64,000 nt of DNA, taken from Actinomycetales bacterium. Lineage in GTDB: Bacteria; Actinomycetota; Actinomycetes; Nanopelagicales; Nanopelagicaceae. The notes beneath the pieces were generated by a model that was given only the letters and a program-made list of their open reading frames with translations, searched no databases and was not told the origin of the DNA. Within the stretch, counting starts at the first letter, position 1, and the number at the start of each line of letters is the position of its first letter. Positions 20,574-30,089 of this stretch are shown in pieces. The position numbers were made by a program, and so were the translations under genes. Where the stretch lies: positions 7,389-71,388 of the forward strand of contig JBJSWS010000206.1 of assembly GCA_046085985.1 (NCBI GenBank), read 5' to 3'.

Positions 20574-23144
20574 TTAATGGGCCGCCGAATCCCAACTTCG
20601 CCCAAAACCAACATTTACGTCCAGCGGTGCTCGCAATGGATATGCCGCTCCCATCTCTCGCCTTACCAATTGCTCTAAAACCTCTTCTTCGCCACCAAAT
20701 ACTTCGAATATCAACTCATCATGAACTTGTAAGAGAATTCTCGAACGAAGTTTCTTCTCTCGAATCGAAACAGAAACTTTGAGCATTGCAACCTTAATAA
20801 TGTCTGCAGCCGATCCTTGAATCGGAGCGTTGAGGGCCATTCGCTCTGCAACTTCCCTACGCTGTCGATTTTCGTGATTCAAATCTGGAAGGTAACGACG
20901 TCTTCCTAGAATTGTCTCTGTGTATCCCTTTTCTCTAGCGATACGAACTACTTCTTTCAAATAATCCTGGATGCCGCCAAAACGTTCGAAGTACTTAGCC
21001 ATCAGAGCACTGGCCTCCGAAGGTGAAATATCTAATTGCTGCGCCAGACCAAATGATGAAAGACCATAAGCCAATCCGTAAGACATAGCCTTAATTTGCC
21101 GTCGCATCTCACTATCTACATCTGAAACCGATACTCCAAATACTTGAGCGGCAACTGTTGAATGTAAATCCTCACCGGCTGCAAATGCCTTTAAAAGACC
21201 TACATCATTCGATAGATGAGCCATGATGCGCATTTCAATCTGACTGTAATCAGCGGTCATCAGAGCGGAATAAGGAGATTGGGCAATGAATGAATTGCGA
21301 ATCTTGCGACCCTCTTCAGTCCTAATCGGAATATTTTGGAGATTTGGCTCTGTCGAGGAGAGTCTGCCGGTTGCTGCCACAGTCTGTTGAAAATTGGTAT
21401 GAATACGTCCATCTTTTGCGATTGCACTTTGCAAGCCTTCAACTGTAGTTCTTAACTTAGAGACCTCACGTATTCGCAACAAGTTCTGTAAAACAGGATG
21501 TTTCGTAGTTGCATAAAGCCACTCAAGCGATTCGGCATCTGTACTAAAACCAGTTTTAATTCTCTTAGTTTTCGGCAATTTCAGATCTTCAAATAGCACC
21601 GTCTGTAATTGCTTTGGTGAGGAAACATTAAACTCGCGACCCGCTGCTGCATAGACTGCCTTGGTTGCAGATCTCTCTGAATTCACAAATTCACTATGCA
21701 GTTTCTCCAATTCATTTCCATCAACTGCTATGCCTGTGGACTCCATTTGCGCTAACAGGATCATGGTAGGCATCTCTAAATCGCTAAAGAGAGTCGTAAG
21801 TTCTCGCTGCTTGAGCTCGGTCAACAATTTCTCTTGCAGGGCAGGCATGTGGCCGATTAGTTCAAGTGCTGGAACTTGGGCAAAGAGATCAGAGTCAGCA
21901 GTTTCGATTTCCAGAAATTTTCTCATTACTTCAGTGATTCCAAGATCTCTTGTCCCTGGATTTATTAGATATGCCGCAATCTCACTATCAAAAACCACTC
22001 TCCCACCCAAATCACTTTTAACTATCTGCTTACCTTGATGAGTGGAAATATGCATATCCTGAAATAAGTCAGCCTCATACTCCAGCTCAAAAATTTCTTC
22101 TCCGGTAAACGTTAGATATATCGATGAATTCTCCAACAAAGCGAATACGTTTTTATTCTTCTTAACATAATCAGTAAATTCGCGTCTACCTAACGATTTC
22201 TTTACATTTTTGGAAACTGCTTTCTTGGATTCTATTTTGAAATCTGCCGGACTAATTTGAACTGCAGTATCGTTACTACCGAGTGTTTTGACGCGATCTC
22301 GAAGCGCTTTAATTTCAAGTTTTTCAAAGAGCGAAAGGGCGCTCTCTTGGTTTATTCCTCGCCATTTCATTGCAGCAAGGTCAATTGCTAGCGGTACATC
22401 ATCTCTGAGCTGAGTTAATTCTCGATTCATTTTGACATTAGCTAACGATGCACGTAATGAATCGCCAGCCTTTCCGGCAATCTCATCGGCATGAGAAATT
22501 AAGTTCTCTAGAGATTTATATTCAATTACCCATTTAGCCGCGGTCTTCTCGCCGACTCCAGGAATCGATGGCAGATTATCGCTGGGGTCACCTCGAAGTG
22601 CGGCAAAATCAGGGTACTGCTTTGGAGTAAGACCATATTTTTCGAGAACAGCCGATGGCGTCATTCTCGCAAGATCTGTTACGCCTTTCTTGGGATAAAG
22701 CACGGTTACAGAGTCCGTTACCAGTTGAAATGAATCTCTATCTCCCGTACAAATCAATGTCTGCGAATCTTTTCCAAGTTTGGAGACCATCGTTGCAATC
22801 AAATCATCGGCTTCATAGCCCTCGATTTCGTATGTGGGAATCTGAAAAGCATTTAATAGCTCATAGATATAACTGATTTGAGATCGAAATTCATCTGGAG
22901 TTGATTTTCTATTCGCTTTATAATCTGGAAATTTCTCCGTTCGAAAAGTTTTGCGAGACACATCGAAGGCGGCGGCTATATGAGTCGGCTTCTCATCTCG
23001 GATCAGATTTATCAACATCGAAGCAAATCCGTAGATTGCATTTGTGTGCTGTCCAGAGCTAGAAACAAAATTCTCAACCGGTAAGGCATAGAAAGCCCGA
23101 TAAGCCAGCGAATGGCCATCGATTAAGAGAACCCGTGTCGTCAT
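20574..23144 (-). CDS. polA: DNA polymerase I
   Basis: 5'-nuclease domain (LLIDGHSLAYRAFYA) and polymerase motifs (DYSQIEMRIMAH, QVHDELIFE). I prefer the ATG at 23144 (MTTRVLLIDG...). The ORF track starts at a TTG at 23177. Confidence 0.93.
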   Translation of the reverse strand: MTTRVLLIDGHSLAYRAFYALPVENFVSSSGQHTNAIYGFASMLINLIRDEKPTHIAAAFDVSRKTFRTEKFPDYKANRKSTPDEFRSQISYIYELLNAFQIPTYEIEGYEADDLIATMVSKLGKDSQTLICTGDRDSFQLVTDSVTVLYPKKGVTDLARMTPSAVLEKYGLTPKQYPDFAALRGDPSDNLPSIPGVGEKTAAKWVIEYKSLENLISHADEIAGKAGDSLRASLANVKMNRELTQLRDDVPLAIDLAAMKWRGINQESALSLFEKLEIKALRDRVKTLGSNDTAVQISPADFKIESKKAVSKNVKKSLGRREFTDYVKKNKNVFALLENSSIYLTFTGEEIFELEYEADLFQDMHISTHQGKQIVKSDLGGRVVFDSEIAAYLINPGTRDLGITEVMRKFLEIETADSDLFAQVPALELIGHMPALQEKLLTELKQRELTTLFSDLEMPTMILLAQMESTGIAVDGNELEKLHSEFVNSERSATKAVYAAAGREFNVSSPKQLQTVLFEDLKLPKTKRIKTGFSTDAESLEWLYATTKHPVLQNLLRIREVSKLRTTVEGLQSAIAKDGRIHTNFQQTVAATGRLSSTEPNLQNIPIRTEEGRKIRNSFIAQSPYSALMTADYSQIEMRIMAHLSNDVGLLKAFAAGEDLHSTVAAQVFGVSVSDVDSEMRRQIKAMSYGLAYGLSSFGLAQQLDISPSEASALMAKYFERFGGIQDYLKEVVRIAREKGYTETILGRRRYLPDLNHENRQRREVAERMALNAPIQGSAADIIKVAMLKVSVSIREKKLRSRILLQVHDELIFEVFGGEEEVLEQLVRREMGAAYPLRAPLDVNVGFGRSWDSAAH

Positions 23145-23185
23145 TGCAACAGCAATCTTAGAGTCCGGGACATACAATTACGTTC

Positions 23186-23590
23186 ATGAGCGACTTTATG
23201 GAGATTTTGCGAGAACGAGGTCGGGGCGAACTCGATAAGAAAATGGGCATTGAAATTATCGAAGCATCTCCAGAAAGATTAGTTGCCACAATGCCCGTTT
23301 CGGGTAATACCCAGCCACTTGGACTTCTTCATGGTGGAGCAAACGTTGTGCTTGCCGAGAGTCTTGGATCAATTGGAACCCAACTACATGCCGGTCCGAA
23401 TCGCAGAATTGTTGGTGTAGATATAAATGCAACGCACCATAAGTCTGCAACATCCGGAATTGTTACCGGAGTTGCTACTGCTGTGTCGCTCGGTAAAACA
23501 CTATGTTGTTATGAAATTGAAATCACAAACGAAAAAGGTGAGAGAACTTGCTCTGCTCGTATTACTTGCCTGATTTTGGCAGAACGGTAG
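23186..23590 (+). CDS. hotdog-fold acyl-CoA thioesterase (PaaI/YbdB-like)
   Basis: 134 aa with a GLLHGGANVVLAESLGS motif typical of PaaI-family thioesterases. Divergent from polA. The 3' end overlaps pdtaR by 29 nt. Confidence 0.75.
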   Translation: MSDFMEILRERGRGELDKKMGIEIIEASPERLVATMPVSGNTQPLGLLHGGANVVLAESLGSIGTQLHAGPNRRIVGVDINATHHKSATSGIVTGVATAVSLGKTLCCYEIEITNEKGERTCSARITCLILAER

Positions 23591-24167
23591 CTGCTTGATT
23601 CGGATCTAGTATTGCTAGTGAAATTTCTTTCATTGTAATTCTTCTATCCATAGCGCTCTTTTGAATCCATTTAAAAGCCTCTGGCTCTGAAAGATTCATT
23701 ACCTTCATCAGAATTCCCTTAGCTTGATCAACGAGTTTTCTAGTCTCCAACCTTTCGGTTAAATCAGAGATCTCATCTTGTAGTGCTAATAATTGTTGGT
23801 GGCGACTGAAGGCAATCTCAATCGCAGGAATCAAATCGTCAATGTTAAATGGTTTTACGACATAACCCATTACGCCCGCATCGCGAGCCCGTTCTACTAA
23901 GTCTCGTTGACTAAATGCAGTCAACATTAACGTAGGGCAAATTTTTGAAATCTTTTCAGCTGCAGAGATGCCATCTAGTTTGGGCATCTTGACGTCAAGA
24001 ATTGCAAGGTCCGGTTTCTTCGCCTTGGCCTCTGTTATTGCTTCTTCGCCATCTGATGCTTCAGCAATTACTTCATATCCTGCTTCACGTAACATTTCGG
24101 CTAGATCAAGACGAATCAAGGTTTCATCTTCAGCAATTAGTATCCGTCTTGAACTCTGATTAACCAT
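23562..24167 (-). CDS. pdtaR: ANTAR-domain response regulator (PdtaR-like)
   Basis: 201 aa with a REC domain (ILIAEDE..., DVKMP) followed by an ANTAR domain (LETRKLVDQAKGILM...AFKWIQKSAMDRRITM). Confidence 0.85.
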   Translation of the reverse strand: MVNQSSRRILIAEDETLIRLDLAEMLREAGYEVIAEASDGEEAITEAKAKKPDLAILDVKMPKLDGISAAEKISKICPTLMLTAFSQRDLVERARDAGVMGYVVKPFNIDDLIPAIEIAFSRHQQLLALQDEISDLTERLETRKLVDQAKGILMKVMNLSEPEAFKWIQKSAMDRRITMKEISLAILDPNQAATVLPKSGK

Positions 24168-24168
24168 G

Positions 24169-24241
24169 TGCCTCGAGTCGGATTCGAACCGACACTATAC
24201 GGTTTTTGAGACCGTCCTCTCTACCGTTGGAGTACCGAGGC
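24169..24241 (-). tRNA. tRNA with anticodon CAA (Leu by anticodon), 73 nt, short 5-nt variable loop, no encoded CCA
   Basis: Hand-folded cloverleaf on the minus strand: acceptor GCCTCGG/TCGAGGC, U8, 3-bp D stem CTC/GAG with loop AACGGTA, anticodon stem ACGGT/ACCGT, loop CTCAAAA, variable ATAGT, T stem GTCGG/CCGAC, T loop TTCGAAT, discriminator A73. Confidence 0.8.
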
Positions 24242-24255
24242 AAGAAGCGCATAGT

Positions 24256-25695
24256 TTAGCGATAGGCCGGAGCCAGACCGCCAACTGCATCGCCAATCTG
24301 ATGTACCCGCATTGCATTTGTCGATCCGGGAATTCCAGGTGGTGAACCGGCAACAATCATAATTAATTCACCCTTATTTACGCGATTCTTTTGCAGAAGA
24401 ACCGTATCAACCTGTTTCACCATCTGATCAGTAGTTTCAACTAGAGGCATTATTAAAGGTTCTACTCCCCAAGAGAGTGAAAGTTGGCGATAAGTAGTCG
24501 CATCAGGTGTTAACGCAACAACTGGAATGTTGGAGCGAAGACGCGACATTCGACGTGCCGAATCACCTGATTTTGTAAAAGTAGCAAGTATTTTTGCGCC
24601 AATTACTTGACCGACCTCGGTAGCTGCTTTTGTGATTGCGCCACCTTTGGTCTTCGGGTTATGCATTAAAGCTGGAATCAGATGTAGAGCGTCGCTCTCA
24701 GTTTTTTCAATGATACGCGCCATAGTTTTTACGGCTTCAATTGGATAACTTCCAGTACTTGTTTCTCCAGAGAGCATAAGCGCATCCGCTCCATCCAATA
24801 TTGCATTTGCGCAATCGGTAGCTTCAGCACGCGTTGGACGTGAATTTGTCATCATTGAGTCCAGCATTTGAGTTGCAACAATAACTGGCTTGGCATTTTC
24901 ACGAGCAGCGGTAATGCATCGCTTTTGAATAAGAGGAATCTCTTCGATTGGCATTTCAACACCAAGATCGCCTCTTGCAACCATGATTCCATCAAACGCC
25001 TCAATGATTGCATCCAGATTTTCAACTGCCTGAGGTTTCTCAATTTTTGCGATTACAGGAAGTCTAATTCCGACCTCATCCATGATCTGATGAACTTTTT
25101 CTATATCTTTTGCAGAGCGAACAAACGAAAGTGCAACAAAATCAGCACCTTCTCCTAAGCCCCACTTTAAGTCTTCGATATCTTTATCTGACATTGCCGG
25201 AACTGATACGGCAACTCCTGGAAGATTTAGTCCCTTGCTGTTGGAGATTTGCCCAGACTCCACACACTTAGTTAAGACTTCCGTGCCTTTAACGTTTTGC
25301 ACTTCGACAATCACTTTTCCATCATCAATAAGAATCAAATCCCCGACTTTGCAATCACCTGGCAAGCCTTTGTAAGTGGTGCTTGCTCTCTCTTTGCTTC
25401 CAAGAATTTCATCAGTTGTAATTGTGAAAAGATCTCCAATTTCTAATTGATAGTAATCAGCGTCAAATTTTCCTAGTCTGATTTTTGGCCCCTGGAGATC
25501 AATAAGTACTGCTACCGGAGTTTGCTTCTTTTCTGCGACTTTACGTACTAGATCTAAACGATTCTTGTGATCCTTATGAGTACCGTGCGATAAATTCAAT
25601 CTGGCAACATTCATGCCGGCATCGATTAGCGCCTCAACTTTTTCAATATTTTCGACTGCGGGTCCTAACGTGCAAACAATCTTTGCTCTGCGCAC
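24256..25695 (-). CDS. pyk: pyruvate kinase
   Basis: 479 aa with motifs KIVCTLGP, MNVARLNLSHG and IMVARGDLGVE. Confidence 0.95.
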   Translation of the reverse strand: MRRAKIVCTLGPAVENIEKVEALIDAGMNVARLNLSHGTHKDHKNRLDLVRKVAEKKQTPVAVLIDLQGPKIRLGKFDADYYQLEIGDLFTITTDEILGSKERASTTYKGLPGDCKVGDLILIDDGKVIVEVQNVKGTEVLTKCVESGQISNSKGLNLPGVAVSVPAMSDKDIEDLKWGLGEGADFVALSFVRSAKDIEKVHQIMDEVGIRLPVIAKIEKPQAVENLDAIIEAFDGIMVARGDLGVEMPIEEIPLIQKRCITAARENAKPVIVATQMLDSMMTNSRPTRAEATDCANAILDGADALMLSGETSTGSYPIEAVKTMARIIEKTESDALHLIPALMHNPKTKGGAITKAATEVGQVIGAKILATFTKSGDSARRMSRLRSNIPVVALTPDATTYRQLSLSWGVEPLIMPLVETTDQMVKQVDTVLLQKNRVNKGELIMIVAGSPPGIPGSTNAMRVHQIGDAVGGLAPAYR

Positions 25696-25775
25696 TTAGG
25701 GACCTCTCCTCTATAAGCCTTAATTATCGGACTACTTTGTCCCGCGCATGATTCTACCAAGAGGTGCAGTTGAAG

Positions 25776-26495
25776 CTAAATGCCAGAGATATTGGCTATT
25801 TGACCCACTCCAGCGGTAATTGCCATACCCAATGCACCACCAAGAACTATTCTTGCTGTGGTCTTAAGAACGCTTGAGCCAGCGATTCGTGCACTTATGA
25901 TTCCTGCAAAAATTAATCCAACAAACGTTATCAAAATAATGGAAAGTGCCTTACCGCCTAAGCTCGGCGCGAAAGCTCCGACGAATGGAATTAGACCTCC
26001 TGCAGTAAAACTAAGCGCAGATGCAACTGCTGCTTGAAGCGGGCGAGCTTTCGTAGCATCATGTTGACCTAATTCGTCTCGCAAATGCGCAGCCAATGGA
26101 TCTTTAGCATGTAACTCGAGAGCAACCGCCTCGGCTAGCTTTCGCGAGATGCCGCGTGATTCATAAATCTTTGTTAATTCTTCCAACTCTGCTTCAGGAT
26201 CTAATTCAAGTTGCTTCTTTTCAAGTTCTTTATCTGATTCTTCAATATCATTTTGAGAGCGGACCGAGACAAATTCACCTACCGCCATGGACATGGAACC
26301 AGCGGCTATTGCTGCCAATCCAGCCGTTAAGACAAAGTCATTTCGGCCAGCTGTTACAACTCCGATCATCAATGAAGCGGTTGAAACTAAGCCATCATTC
26401 GCTCCGAGTACTGCAGCTCGCAACCAACCCGCCCTATGGGTTCGATGGTTTTCATCGCGCAGCTCATGCTCGGATTTTGATATTGCTTGAGGCAT
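25776..26495 (-). CDS. VIT1/CCC1-family metal (Fe/Mn) transporter
   Basis: 239 aa. N-terminal cytoplasmic region followed by LRAAVLGANDGLVSTASLMIGV and further transmembrane helices, typical of the VIT family. Confidence 0.75.
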   Translation of the reverse strand: MPQAISKSEHELRDENHRTHRAGWLRAAVLGANDGLVSTASLMIGVVTAGRNDFVLTAGLAAIAAGSMSMAVGEFVSVRSQNDIEESDKELEKKQLELDPEAELEELTKIYESRGISRKLAEAVALELHAKDPLAAHLRDELGQHDATKARPLQAAVASALSFTAGGLIPFVGAFAPSLGGKALSIILITFVGLIFAGIISARIAGSSVLKTTARIVLGGALGMAITAGVGQIANISGI

Positions 26496-26509
26496 ACTCG
26501 AATTCTAAC

Positions 26510-27322
26510 TTAATTTTTCGTCGATTTAGTTGATTTCCCAAGTAAGGGGTTTCTGTTGAAAAGATAGAGCAACGCCACAGAAAAAAGAAGAGCGCTAGTC
26601 CAAACATTCAATCTCAAACCAAGAATCAAATTCGCATCATCAATTCTAAATGTTTCAATGATGCCGCGACCTAATGAATAACCAGCAACATACAGGGCAA
26701 AAATAGACCCACTTCTAAGCTCTCTGAAGAAGCGAACTTTAACTAGAAGTAATGCCACGAAGAGACACCAGATCGCCTCGTATAAAAAAGTTGGGTGAAA
26801 TGTTTCAAAATTACTAAAACCAATGGGCCGATATTTTTCTGGTATTTGCAAAGCCCACGGTGCATCCAATGGTCTGCCGAAAAGTTCTTTATTGAACCAA
26901 TTTCCAAATCGGCCAACTGCCTGAGCTACAAGTAATCCAGGAGCTAATGCATCTGCAAAGATCGAAAATGGGATTTCACCACGTTTTGGATTTCTGCGGA
27001 AAGCCAGATAAGCGGCGACCGCCCCGAGACTTATCGCGCCCCATATTCCTAATCCACCTTCCCAAATAAAGAGGGCAGATATTGGATCTGTTAAATATTT
27101 CTCTGGTGAGGTTATAACGTGATAAAGCCTTCCGCCGATAATTCCTGCAGGAACAGCAAAGATTGCAATATCGCCAACTAATCCGGAGTTGCCACCCTTG
27201 GCAACAAATCTTCTGCTTCCGATGGCAATTGCAAGTGCAATTCCGGTAATTATGCAGAGCGCATAAAAATGAATTGTTAGCGGACCAAGTTCTAACGTCG
27301 ATTTACTTGGCGAGGGAATCAC
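26510..27322 (-). CDS. lgt: prolipoprotein diacylglyceryl transferase
   Basis: 270 aa polytopic membrane protein with motifs GRLYHV and GRFGNWFNKELFG. Downstream of trpA, as in mycobacteria. Confidence 0.9.
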   Translation of the reverse strand: MIPSPSKSTLELGPLTIHFYALCIITGIALAIAIGSRRFVAKGGNSGLVGDIAIFAVPAGIIGGRLYHVITSPEKYLTDPISALFIWEGGLGIWGAISLGAVAAYLAFRRNPKRGEIPFSIFADALAPGLLVAQAVGRFGNWFNKELFGRPLDAPWALQIPEKYRPIGFSNFETFHPTFLYEAIWCLFVALLLVKVRFFRELRSGSIFALYVAGYSLGRGIIETFRIDDANLILGLRLNVWTSALLFSVALLYLFNRNPLLGKSTKSTKN

Positions 27323-28068
27323 TATGGCTGCTTTGCTGCCTCTACCGCCGCTTTGAATTCATCTAGTTTGAACTCTGCTCCGCTTCGTTCCCAAAGCTTG
27401 CCATCAATAAATACAGTTGGCGTTCCCTTCACATTGTATTTAGCCATTGAGTCATAAACTGCTTTTACTTGTTCAAGGTAATTGCCATCTTTTACGCAAT
27501 TCTCGTATTCAGTAGATGTGATTCCAAGTTTCTTACTAAGAGCCAAGAGGTTTTCATTAGTATAGGTGCCAGAACCTTCTTCTCCTTGTACTGCAAAAAG
27601 CGCGTTATGAAGATCTAAAAATCTACCTTCAGCCACAGAGCAGAATGAAGCATTTACTGCGCGAACTGAATCCTGACCTAGGAAAGAAGTCATTCGATAA
27701 GTTACCTGGGCCTCTTTATTCCTAACTAAATCTTCTACATAAGTACCGATCTCTTTTTCAAAATCATTACAGAATGGACATTGTGGATCTTCCCAAATCT
27801 CAATTCTCGGCTTAACTCCAGAATTAAATGTGATGCCGTAATCATCTTCTTTGGAAAAGGAGCCAGTTAATGCAGGGCCATTTTGAGAGGCATCAATCTT
27901 TTCAAGAGCAACATCAAAATCGCTCATAGCTGCAGAACGCTTATCCAAAACGGTGAATATGACTCCCGATAGGACGACAAGTGCAACCATCCCAAGAACA
28001 AGATTCCTGGTTAAAGTGTCGCCGCTCTTCTGATTATCGCGATGACGTTGGCGCGGCTCTTTTGGCAT
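27322..28068 (-). CDS. membrane-anchored DsbA-family thiol:disulfide oxidoreductase
   Basis: 248 aa with an N-terminal transmembrane anchor and a thioredoxin fold carrying the CPFC active site (WEDPQCPFCNDF). Confidence 0.75.
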   Translation of the reverse strand: MPKEPRQRHRDNQKSGDTLTRNLVLGMVALVVLSGVIFTVLDKRSAAMSDFDVALEKIDASQNGPALTGSFSKEDDYGITFNSGVKPRIEIWEDPQCPFCNDFEKEIGTYVEDLVRNKEAQVTYRMTSFLGQDSVRAVNASFCSVAEGRFLDLHNALFAVQGEEGSGTYTNENLLALSKKLGITSTEYENCVKDGNYLEQVKAVYDSMAKYNVKGTPTVFIDGKLWERSGAEFKLDEFKAAVEAAKQP

Positions 28069-28115
28069 TTTGACTCCTTAGCGGGCTACATAATTGGCTG
28101 AGAACAGAAGTTTAT

Positions 28116-28901
28116 CTAATTTGAGCCGATTCGCACTCCACTTGCGAGTTCGGCAGCTAATTCGCCGACCGCATCGGGCCCTTTTCCTTCTAGAAGTAAC
28201 TTAAGAAATGCTGAGCCGACAATCACCCCATCTGCAAATTCGGATATCTCAGATGCTTGCTGGCGATTTGAAACTCCTAAACCAACGGCAACTGGCAGTT
28301 TGCTTACTGCTCTGACTCTAGAAACTAACTTTTTGGCATCGATCGAAAGCGCACTACGTGCCCCAGTAACACCCATCAGGCTCGCTGCATAAACAAACCC
28401 AGAACAGTTCTCCGTTACATTCTTTAATCTGGAATCAGAAGTGCTTGGGGCCACTACAAAAGTTCTATCAATATTGAATTCATCAGTGGCAGTTCTCCAT
28501 TCAGAACTCTCTTCTACAGTCAAATCTGGAGTTATAACTCCGACTCCTCCGGCCACCGATAAATCTTGTGCAAAATTTCGAACACCGTATCTTTCAATCG
28601 GATTCCAATATGACATCACATATGTTGGAACTTCTGAAGCTGAGACTATTTCAAATACATCTGAAATCTTGAATCCGTTTGCAATTGCCGCTTCGCTGGT
28701 CTGCTGTATGACGGGACCATCCATGACTGGATCACTATAAGGAATTCCAACCTCAATCAAATCGACTCCGCCAGCAATCATGGCTGATACCACTTCGATG
28801 GCTTTTGATTTGTTTGGGAAACCAGCCGTTACGTAACCGATCAATATGGATCTATTTTCGGATTTTGCCTTCGCAAAGAGCTCTTCTGATTTTTTATTCA
28901 T
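28116..28901 (-). CDS. trpA: tryptophan synthase alpha chain
   Basis: 261 aa with motifs IEVGIPYSDPVMDGPVIQ and GFVYAASLMGVTG. Confidence 0.93.
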   Translation of the reverse strand: MNKKSEELFAKAKSENRSILIGYVTAGFPNKSKAIEVVSAMIAGGVDLIEVGIPYSDPVMDGPVIQQTSEAAIANGFKISDVFEIVSASEVPTYVMSYWNPIERYGVRNFAQDLSVAGGVGVITPDLTVEESSEWRTATDEFNIDRTFVVAPSTSDSRLKNVTENCSGFVYAASLMGVTGARSALSIDAKKLVSRVRAVSKLPVAVGLGVSNRQQASEISEFADGVIVGSAFLKLLLEGKGPDAVGELAAELASGVRIGSN

Positions 28902-28906
28902 ATTTG

Positions 28907-30085
28907 TTAAATTGGAATTCCAAAGTAATTGGCAGCGGTTTGTACATCTTTATCGCCCCGACCGGAGAGATTAATAAGAATATTTGCGCTTGAGCCAAGC
29001 TCCTTGCCTATTTGAATAGCTCCTGCCAGAGCATGGGCAGTTTCAATTGCAGGAATTATTCCTTCACTCTTTGATAGTAAATCAAATGCCTGCATCGCTT
29101 CATCATCCGTAATGGCTCGATATTCTGCTCTTCCAATTTCTTTGAGATAAGCGTGCTCTGGACCAACTCCTGGATAATCAAGTCCAGCAGAGATCGAATG
29201 TGATTCTGTTGTTTGACCATTTTCGTCTTGTAGTACATAAGTCCTAGTGCCGTGAAGTACTCCTGGAGTGCCACCAACCAATGTAGCCGCATGCTTGCCG
29301 CTAGCAACTCCCGATCCGCCGGCCTCTAAACCGATCAAGCGAACCGAAGGTTCATCAATAAATGCGTGGAAAATTCCAATTGCATTGGAACCACCTCCAA
29401 CGCATGCTAGAACTGCATCAGGAAGTTTTCCGATTAGCTCTTTAAGCTGCTCTTTAGATTCCTCGCCAATAATTTTGTGAAAATCGCGCACCATTGTAGG
29501 AAATGGATGTGGCCCAGCCACTGTTCCAAGTAAATAATGTGTAGTAGAAACATTAGTTACCCAATCTCGCATCGCTTCGTTAATTGCATCCTTTAATGTT
29601 TTCGATCCAGTAGTAACTGGAACTACCTCTGCTCCCAATATCTTCATCCGAGCCACATTTAGTGATTGTCGTTTGGTGTCCTCTTCTCCCATGTAGACAA
29701 CACATTCCAGGCCCATCAGAGCTGCCGCAGTTGCGGAGGCGACTCCGTGTTGTCCGGCGCCGGTTTCTGCGATGATGCGCTTCTTACCCATTCTCTTAGT
29801 CAAGAGAGCCTGCCCAAGAACATTATTTATCTTGTGACTTCCTGTGTGATTTAAGTCTTCACGTTTTAAAAAGATTCTTGCTCCGCCGGCATGTTCTGCA
29901 AAGCGGATTGCTTCCGTAATGATTGATGGACGTCCGGTGTATGTTCGGTGAAGTTCGCTGAGTTCGTTTAAGAAATTTGGATCGTGCTGGGCAGCATGAT
30001 GAGCTGCTGCTAATTCATCGAGCGCGCCAATAAGAGCTTCAGGGACAAATCGCCCGCCATATTTGCCAAAATGCCCTTCGCTCAC
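28907..30085 (-). CDS. trpB: tryptophan synthase beta chain
   Basis: 392 aa with motifs [16 protein letters not shown] (PLP Lys) and GGGSNAIG. Confidence 0.95.
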   Translation of the reverse strand: MSEGHFGKYGGRFVPEALIGALDELAAAHHAAQHDPNFLNELSELHRTYTGRPSIITEAIRFAEHAGGARIFLKREDLNHTGSHKINNVLGQALLTKRMGKKRIIAETGAGQHGVASATAAALMGLECVVYMGEEDTKRQSLNVARMKILGAEVVPVTTGSKTLKDAINEAMRDWVTNVSTTHYLLGTVAGPHPFPTMVRDFHKIIGEESKEQLKELIGKLPDAVLACVGGGSNAIGIFHAFIDEPSVRLIGLEAGGSGVASGKHAATLVGGTPGVLHGTRTYVLQDENGQTTESHSISAGLDYPGVGPEHAYLKEIGRAEYRAITDDEAMQAFDLLSKSEGIIPAIETAHALAGAIQIGKELGSSANILINLSGRGDKDVQTAANYFGIPI

Positions 30086-30089
30086 GAAC

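Noticed and set aside
24169-24241. The nearby unusual tRNA might be an amber suppressor that rescues the TAG in rpsA.
   Set aside because: The 7-nt anticodon loop is CTCAAAA, giving anticodon CAA (reads UUG), not CTA. No alternative stem register places CTA or TCA at positions 34-36.
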